In this document: piece after piece, positions 26,168 to 31,455 of the stretch
Numbering within the stretch: the stretch's first letter is position 1
Layout of the letters: every line of letters begins with the position of its first letter
Assembly: GCA_050012255.1 (NCBI GenBank)
Contig: JBEKHN010000022.1
Coordinates: 1 to 31,455 of the forward strand
Direction of reading: 5' to 3'
DNA length: 31,455 nucleotides
DNA from: Candidatus Bathyarchaeia archaeon
GTDB taxonomy: Archaea > Thermoproteota > Bathyarchaeia > Bathyarchaeales > Bathycorpusculaceae
Notes under the pieces: generated by a model
What the model saw: the letters and a program-made list of their open reading frames with translations, nothing else
The model's database searches: none
Told to the model about the DNA's origin: nothing
Made by a program: the position numbers and the translations under genes

Positions 26168-27493
26168 CTACTTGGACTTGGTTATGTGCACGTTTTTCAC
26201 CAGGACGTATGGGCTTAGCGACGGTGGGTCTGCTTCCTCCCACCAGTGGACGTGCTGCCTCTCTCTTGAAACACCCGCAATGTTGCCAAGCATGGCTAAT
26301 GCGTTATCGCTTATTCGCAGGTCTTTAAGCGACCGTTTAATCTCTCCCCTTTCTACGAGGAAGATGCCGTCTCTGGGGATAGTGGAGAAATCACCCTTCG
26401 CGGAGTTTTGGAAGCGCGTGTACCACGTGTTAGTCAGGTAAAGCCCTCTCTTCATTTCTTTGAAGAGTTCTTCTCTGCTCGCGTCTCCAGGTTCCATTTC
26501 TGTATTCCACGGAGTTGGAGCAATCAGGCCCGCGTTGCCAGTTGTCTTGGTCTTGAAGATCTTCGCTGTGGACGCGTTATGAAGATAGGTCTTGAAGGAG
26601 CCGTGGTCTATGAAAGTGTTCTCTCTTGTGGGAACACCTTCATCGTCGAAGACCCTGTTGGACAGTGAGTAGGGGGCAGGGTTGTCCTTCAACGTGACGA
26701 TTTCTGGCGCCACATTCTTGCCGAGCTTGTCAACGAATATGGATGTCCGTGTCATAATCGAGTAGGCTGAAGCCATCCTGGCCCAAACTCCGAGGAGAGA
26801 ACCGAAAATCAACGGGTCAAAGACAACATTATAAACGCCTTCATCGCCTAAACTTGGGTTCTTAGCTATCTTGGCAATCTCGCCAGCCTTTGCCCCTGCC
26901 CTAGAAGGTTCAAACTCTTTCAGCGTTGAGCTGCATTCAACGCCGTGCCCCGAGGCTTCTCTCTGTGAAAAAGCCCTGATAGAAAGCTCGATCGCTGATC
27001 TCGTGTCCACGCAGGTCGGTCCTTCAGAAGAAGCGAGGTAAACGTTCTCAAATTTGGCAAAGAGTATGCCACCGCTTTCGACCTTTGATCCAGCCTCTTT
27101 CTTGGCGGCTTCTATCGCTGCAGAAACGTGATCCGTCAGGTTCTCAAGATTTTCAATCTTCTTGTCGGCCCTGCTCTTCGCGTAGCGAAAAGTGCCTTTT
27201 GCGAAGCCTCCGAAGGTTGGATTTTCTTCAGAAACCTTAACAAGCTTCATCAGTTGCTTGAGGCTGGCATCGGATTCGCGGAAGTCGTGTATCTGTGTTG
27301 CAACTACGCGTTTCTTCCAGGCTAGGATCACATCAGTGGCATAATCGTTCCAGGCAACGGTGATGTCTGTTTGGTTGTTGCTGAAGCGGACCTGACGGTA
27401 CTTGCCAAAGACTGTACTGGCGATAACTTCGTCAGCGCCTAGCGCTTTCGCTTTCTTGATTATCTCTTCCGTTTCACCCATTGCATCGATCAT
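26168..27493 (-). CDS. pmbA: TldE/PmbA family protein
   Basis: VRFSNN, FDDEGVP, TTGNA, GDFS; lacks HExxxH; ATGA-coupled to tldD. Confidence 0.88.
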   Translation of the reverse strand: MIDAMGETEEIIKKAKALGADEVIASTVFGKYRQVRFSNNQTDITVAWNDYATDVILAWKKRVVATQIHDFRESDASLKQLMKLVKVSEENPTFGGFAKGTFRYAKSRADKKIENLENLTDHVSAAIEAAKKEAGSKVESGGILFAKFENVYLASSEGPTCVDTRSAIELSIRAFSQREASGHGVECSSTLKEFEPSRAGAKAGEIAKIAKNPSLGDEGVYNVVFDPLIFGSLLGVWARMASAYSIMTRTSIFVDKLGKNVAPEIVTLKDNPAPYSLSNRVFDDEGVPTRENTFIDHGSFKTYLHNASTAKIFKTKTTGNAGLIAPTPWNTEMEPGDASREELFKEMKRGLYLTNTWYTRFQNSAKGDFSTIPRDGIFLVERGEIKRSLKDLRISDNALAMLGNIAGVSRERQHVHWWEEADPPSLSPYVLVKNVHITKSK

Positions 27494-28908
27494 TTCATGA
27501 ACACCGCTCTAAGTCTAAGCCACGGGCCACCTGTGTACACTTGTGCCCCTTGTTCAGGGTCGCCCTTGCCGCATGTAGCCGAGTCAAACTCAACTTTCTT
27601 GGATACACCGTCGACAGCAGTCCAGAACTTCTGCGTGGTCGTTTCAACAACGGGTCTCGCAACAGGATGGGTCAATTCACCGTTTTTTATCATGTATGCT
27701 TCTCTGCCAACGTAGCGTTGGTTGAAGCGCTTGTCATCGATGTTCCATTCAGTGAAGGATTTCATGCAGACGCCATACTTGATGTCTTCAATCAGCTCCT
27801 CGTCGGTCAGTTCGCCAGGAAGCACGAACGTGTTTGCCATGCGCACTATGGCTTCTCGGTCGTAATTTTCGGATCTTGAAGAACCGTTGCTTCGCGTGTT
27901 CATCTTCGCGGCTGATTCTCTGTTGTGCAGGAACTCGTTTATGACGCCTTTCTTGTACAGAAACCTGCGTCTGGCCTTGACTCCTTCATCATCATACAGG
28001 TAGTACCCGTAACTGTTCTCGATCGTGGGGTCGTCGACGACCGTGACAGCGTCGCTACCGATTCTTGTGCCGATCCAGTATGGGCCGCCCTTGTAGATGA
28101 AGGATCTTCCTGCTTGGCTCATTTCTCGGCCTAGGATTCTGTCAGCCTCCATGGGGTGGCCGCAGGATTCATGTGCTGCTATTCCTGCAACTTCGGGGCC
28201 GCAGACCAGGTCCATCTTTTCAGGTTTCAGGACTTTTGCTTTTGTTATGACGGTTCTGAGCACTTTTGCGTCGTGAACCATTTTTTCCGCGATCTTCCAC
28301 TCATCGAAGGCTTCCCATCCGCCACTGTAGCCGAACTGTTCTGAAGCCTGCTCAGTCTTTCCACTCTCTGCGACTGCGATGAAGAAATACGCGCCGATCT
28401 TCGGAAGGCGGGATGATATGCGCGATCCTTCCGAGTTTACGAAATACTTGGTTATCAGGTTTATCGAACACTGCGACGTTGTAGCCGCGATCTTGACACC
28501 GCAGGACGTCAAAGCCCTGTTGACTTCAGTGAGGGTAGCCACTCTTTCTTCAGTTGGAACGTTCTCGATCTTCTTTTTTTGGTCAGCAGTCCAGCTTGTC
28601 CTAACCGCCTTCTCTTTGGCAAAGAACAGCTTGTCTTTTCGATTTGCAGCCCCCGCGTATTTGAACGCCAGGTCCACAACGTCTCTCGCCTCGCTCTTTG
28701 ACCACTTGTTCGTCGATGCGAAGCCGATTCCTCCGTTTGCCATGATCCGCACGCAGAACCCGCTGTCCACAGCCTCTGCGTATACTTCCAGGATTCCGTC
28801 TCTCAGCACCATCCTGTCCAATGCTTGGCTCTGGCCTCCAACTTCGGCGTACTCGACCTTCTTGCTCTGTGCATACTCTAAGGCGTAATCAATGATGTCC
28901 CGTTCCAT
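27490..28908 (-). CDS. tldD: TldD metalloprotease
   Basis: HESCGHPMEADR, DDPT, YDDEGV, VRMANT, CGKGDP. Start trimmed to the ATG at 28908. Confidence 0.92.
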   Translation of the reverse strand: MERDIIDYALEYAQSKKVEYAEVGGQSQALDRMVLRDGILEVYAEAVDSGFCVRIMANGGIGFASTNKWSKSEARDVVDLAFKYAGAANRKDKLFFAKEKAVRTSWTADQKKKIENVPTEERVATLTEVNRALTSCGVKIAATTSQCSINLITKYFVNSEGSRISSRLPKIGAYFFIAVAESGKTEQASEQFGYSGGWEAFDEWKIAEKMVHDAKVLRTVITKAKVLKPEKMDLVCGPEVAGIAAHESCGHPMEADRILGREMSQAGRSFIYKGGPYWIGTRIGSDAVTVVDDPTIENSYGYYLYDDEGVKARRRFLYKKGVINEFLHNRESAAKMNTRSNGSSRSENYDREAIVRMANTFVLPGELTDEELIEDIKYGVCMKSFTEWNIDDKRFNQRYVGREAYMIKNGELTHPVARPVVETTTQKFWTAVDGVSKKVEFDSATCGKGDPEQGAQVYTGGPWLRLRAVFMK

Positions 28909-29144
28909 GCTGTTCCAACCTTTAGGCTGACATTCTAGAACGAGGAGGAATAAAACGTTTGAGTTGCGCGGCCCGTTTTGATGGCTTTCATCCGGCGTCT
29001 CAGCTGCTTTGATGTAGCGGTTTGCGGAAGCAGGCACTTATGCATGGTCGTTGAACAGGCGCTCCTTGGACAGGGATCAATGGAAAGTTATTTATCTATC
29101 ATCATGAGAAACCATGGATACGGAAACATATGGGAGGAAATTAA

Positions 29145-29315
29145 GTGGCTAAATGTCCAAAGTGCGGAACTGAAGTTTCAAAACCAAAGAAAACGTGGAC
29201 GATGGCTGGGCGCCCAGACAAGGCGGGAAAAAGGATTCAGCTGGAGATCGGACTTTTCGAGTGTCCAAAGGATCACAAGGTGTTCAGGGAAGTTCTGAAC
29301 AAGAAGAAGATTTAG
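29145..29315 (+). CDS. Cren7-like chromatin protein with Zn-ribbon ligands (56 aa), not in the ORF track
   Basis: MAKCPKCGTEVSKPKKTWTMAGRPDKAGKRIQLEIGLFECPKDHKVFREVLNKKKI*; P-x-K-x-W, IGLF-x-x-P and FR match Cren7 hallmarks. RBS GGAGG at 29133, TATA-like TTATTTA at about 29088, pyrimidine/T tract downstream. Confidence 0.85.
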   Translation: MAKCPKCGTEVSKPKKTWTMAGRPDKAGKRIQLEIGLFECPKDHKVFREVLNKKKI

Positions 29316-29426
29316 ACGAGAAACTCTGACGGCTCTTTCGTCTATCCTCCTTTCCCCTCTTTTTCATTTTTTGAAAGCGTTAAGTTTTAAAGCTCCACTG
29401 TTCTTGTTCAACAGGCAACTTCAGCC

Positions 29427-30104
29427 ATGGAAGGTCGATCATTGTCAGCGTTAAGACTTGGGCGTTTGTGGAGAGACGATTCTTTCCAGACCGCCGTGAT
29501 GATTTTCTTCATAGTCTCGGTTGTCTTCGGGTTTTGGTACGGCTCGCGTCTCTTTTTGGACACGCAGTATCCGATGCTCGCTGTGGCTTCTGGAAGCATG
29601 AGCCTTCCTAAAGGCGTGGTTGATGATGGGTGGTCCCGCCCGTTTGGACCGACGCTTCACACTGGAGATCTGATCGTCGTTGAAGGAGTGAATCCACAAG
29701 ACGTTTACGCAGCGCCATACAATGCGAGCGGGCGCTCAGGCGACATCCTCGTGTTTCGTGCTATTGGAAGCGACGATCTGATCGTGCACAGAGCCATAGG
29801 AAAAAACGTGGGAAGCGACGGTCAGGTCGTGGCGTTCATAACTCAGGGTGACGGCAATGACCAGACTGGACCTTACTCGCCGACTCCCGTAGAGAACGTT
29901 ATCGGTAAGGTCGTTATGCGGATTCCATGGATCGGACACGTTGCGCTTTTCATGCGCAACTCCACCGGGATACTTGTAATACTTGTCCTCATAATGGTCC
30001 TGATCGTCGTCGAATTTGCCCTTCCAGCGGTGATAGGCAAGAAACCTGCTGATGAGAAGGGCAAGCGCATCGAAAAGGCTCCTGAACTTGAAGGTCCCAC
30101 GTGA
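29427..30104 (+). CDS. Signal peptidase I (archaeal Sec11/SipW type, S26)
   Basis: TM, VASGSM, GDL, IVHR, TQGDGN, VIGKV..IPWIG, C-terminal TM. Confidence 0.92.
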   Translation: MEGRSLSALRLGRLWRDDSFQTAVMIFFIVSVVFGFWYGSRLFLDTQYPMLAVASGSMSLPKGVVDDGWSRPFGPTLHTGDLIVVEGVNPQDVYAAPYNASGRSGDILVFRAIGSDDLIVHRAIGKNVGSDGQVVAFITQGDGNDQTGPYSPTPVENVIGKVVMRIPWIGHVALFMRNSTGILVILVLIMVLIVVEFALPAVIGKKPADEKGKRIEKAPELEGPT

Positions 30105-30117
30105 CACTTCAGCGAGC

Positions 30118-30293
30118 GCTACATCCCCGTATTCGCGTTTTGACCCCGTCTATTTCACCCTCCCCCTCCCCCCTAGGGTACTAGTACTGCACGTAGGCGT
30201 TGGGCAAGGCCCTACTGGATTTGTGGGGGCATGAGGCCGAGCGCGTCCCGAGGGTTTGGCAGAGGATCTGGGCAAGGGTCGTAACTTTTCAAT
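30118..30293 (-). repeat. Dispersed repeat family B, copy 2
   Basis: Inverted copy of 20702-20876. Confidence 0.92.
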
Positions 30294-30460
30294 GTTCTCG
30301 ACCGTCGCCCATCCTAAGTGGGCGCTCTTGTGTGGTCGAAGGTCTGTCTGGCGTTTGTGCTATGGATGGAGCGCGCGCGAGATAGTGTTTGTCTCAAAAA
30401 GTTTGCAGGTTCAGGATAGGCTCTTTCTTGCTAGAAAAGTGCGGTTTGTGTCGAACGTTG

Positions 30461-30994
30461 TTAGTCTTTGTTCCTGTTTTTTGGAGTCTGCAGTATGTGT
30501 TTGGCCAGGTATGAGAAGGTGAGGTAGCGATGGTGCACTTTGTCATTGAGGTCTATTAGAAAGCTGTCAAGCTTGGACGCGTCGATGAAGGGCATCTGCT
30601 TTATCCATCGTTTGAAGTCGGCGTATTCCGAGTAGCTTCTGTGGAAGGAAACTATGATCCCGTCGTACTCCATTCCTCTTCCTCTCTCGTCTAGGATTAC
30701 CTCGAAAGCCGTTTCGTTGAAGCTTTTGACGAATTCTCTTCTAGCCTCGTCCAACACTTCTGGCTTCCGAAACTCATCCTTCACCCTGCCAAGCGTCAGG
30801 GCCGCCAGACTATAGCCGAGCTTCTGAAAGTCAGGTATGACGGTGTATTCTTTGACAACGCCTTCCTTTTCCAATCTCGATATCATTCTGCTGACAGTGG
30901 GCTGAGAGGTTCCGATTGCCTTCGCGAGTTCTCTGTCGCTTCTCCTGCTGTTCTTCATAAGCTCGGAAATCAGCTTCAACTCGATCTCTTTCAT
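30461..30994 (-). CDS. Lrp/AsnC family transcriptional regulator
   Basis: ELMKNSRRSDRELAKAIGTSQPTVSR...LEKEGVVKEYTVIPDFQKLGY. Confidence 0.9.
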   Translation of the reverse strand: MKEIELKLISELMKNSRRSDRELAKAIGTSQPTVSRMISRLEKEGVVKEYTVIPDFQKLGYSLAALTLGRVKDEFRKPEVLDEARREFVKSFNETAFEVILDERGRGMEYDGIIVSFHRSYSEYADFKRWIKQMPFIDASKLDSFLIDLNDKVHHRYLTFSYLAKHILQTPKNRNKD

Positions 30995-31455
30995 CCTTTG
31001 CTTCCTTCTCCTTTCGGATGAGAAGTAGATAATGGAATTGTCCGCTTAAGAATTTAATGATGGAACGCACGGCACGGGTCACCTGTTAGCTGCACCTGCT
31101 AAGCCTTTTTCGAGTGTTTGGATGCTGCACCATGCAGCGTGCCCTTAGCACCTAAGGCTTTATTATGCTTCGGTGGAGATATCTCTCGCGCAACCTCTCT
31201 TTTTGTGTTCTTTGCAGAGGTGAGGCAAAAAGTATCGAACATACGCGAGAAACAGTCTTCTGCATCGCTATTGAAAGATCTTTTCTTCAAGCTTTTTAAA
31301 TGGTGCAATTGTGGAGTCGCACAGTTGGTCCGTGCCTCCTCTGCTGACTCGTTCAAGCGCGTGCGCTGAAGGAAGTGGGTGTTTTTGAACCTTCCTTAAC
31401 AAGATTATCACAATCCCATCCCCTTTCAAAACCTCTAAACGGTCCTCTCACAGAG

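Noticed and set aside
28978-29298. 106-aa ORF from the track
   Set aside because: It is a shadow of the Cren7-like gene in another frame, which has the RBS and recognisable motifs.
26168-29315. TldD/TldE plus small peptide as a RiPP cluster
   Set aside because: No YcaO, radical SAM or transporter genes nearby, and the small ORF is better explained as Cren7-like.
31099-31369. Two opposing ~85-aa ORFs
   Set aside because: No recognisable motifs or convincing start signals; cannot be supported as genes.

Overview
Archaeal chromosomal window, most likely Bathyarchaeia (inferred from the Cren7-like genes, the NosD/dockerin surface protein, the Lrp regulator type and the integrase C-terminus). 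A housekeeping backbone (engB, uppP, cca-thpR, kinase/DUF54/beta-CASP nuclease, class II HMG-CoA reductase-prs-trm11-rnz, aKMT-like methyltransferase, Lhr helicase, tldD/tldE, signal peptidase, Lrp) is interrupted by short variable patches of small genes, gene fragments and dispersed repeats. Main observations: (1) (GC)n runs (GCGCGC to GCGCGCGCG) occur almost only at the junctions of these patches, where they delimit single-gene cassettes, a truncated integrase, a dispersed repeat and one protein domain boundary, which suggests a palindrome-directed DNA shuffling system; (2) a decayed integrative element (4345-7397) carries mgtA and a dead tyrosine integrase between ~50-bp direct repeats that duplicate the 3' end of a protein-coding gene; (3) two families of dispersed inverted repeats, one with a G-quadruplex-like core; (4) small genes missed by the ORF track, including a Zn-ribbon Cren7-like protein. 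All family calls come from motif recognition by eye; no searches were run.
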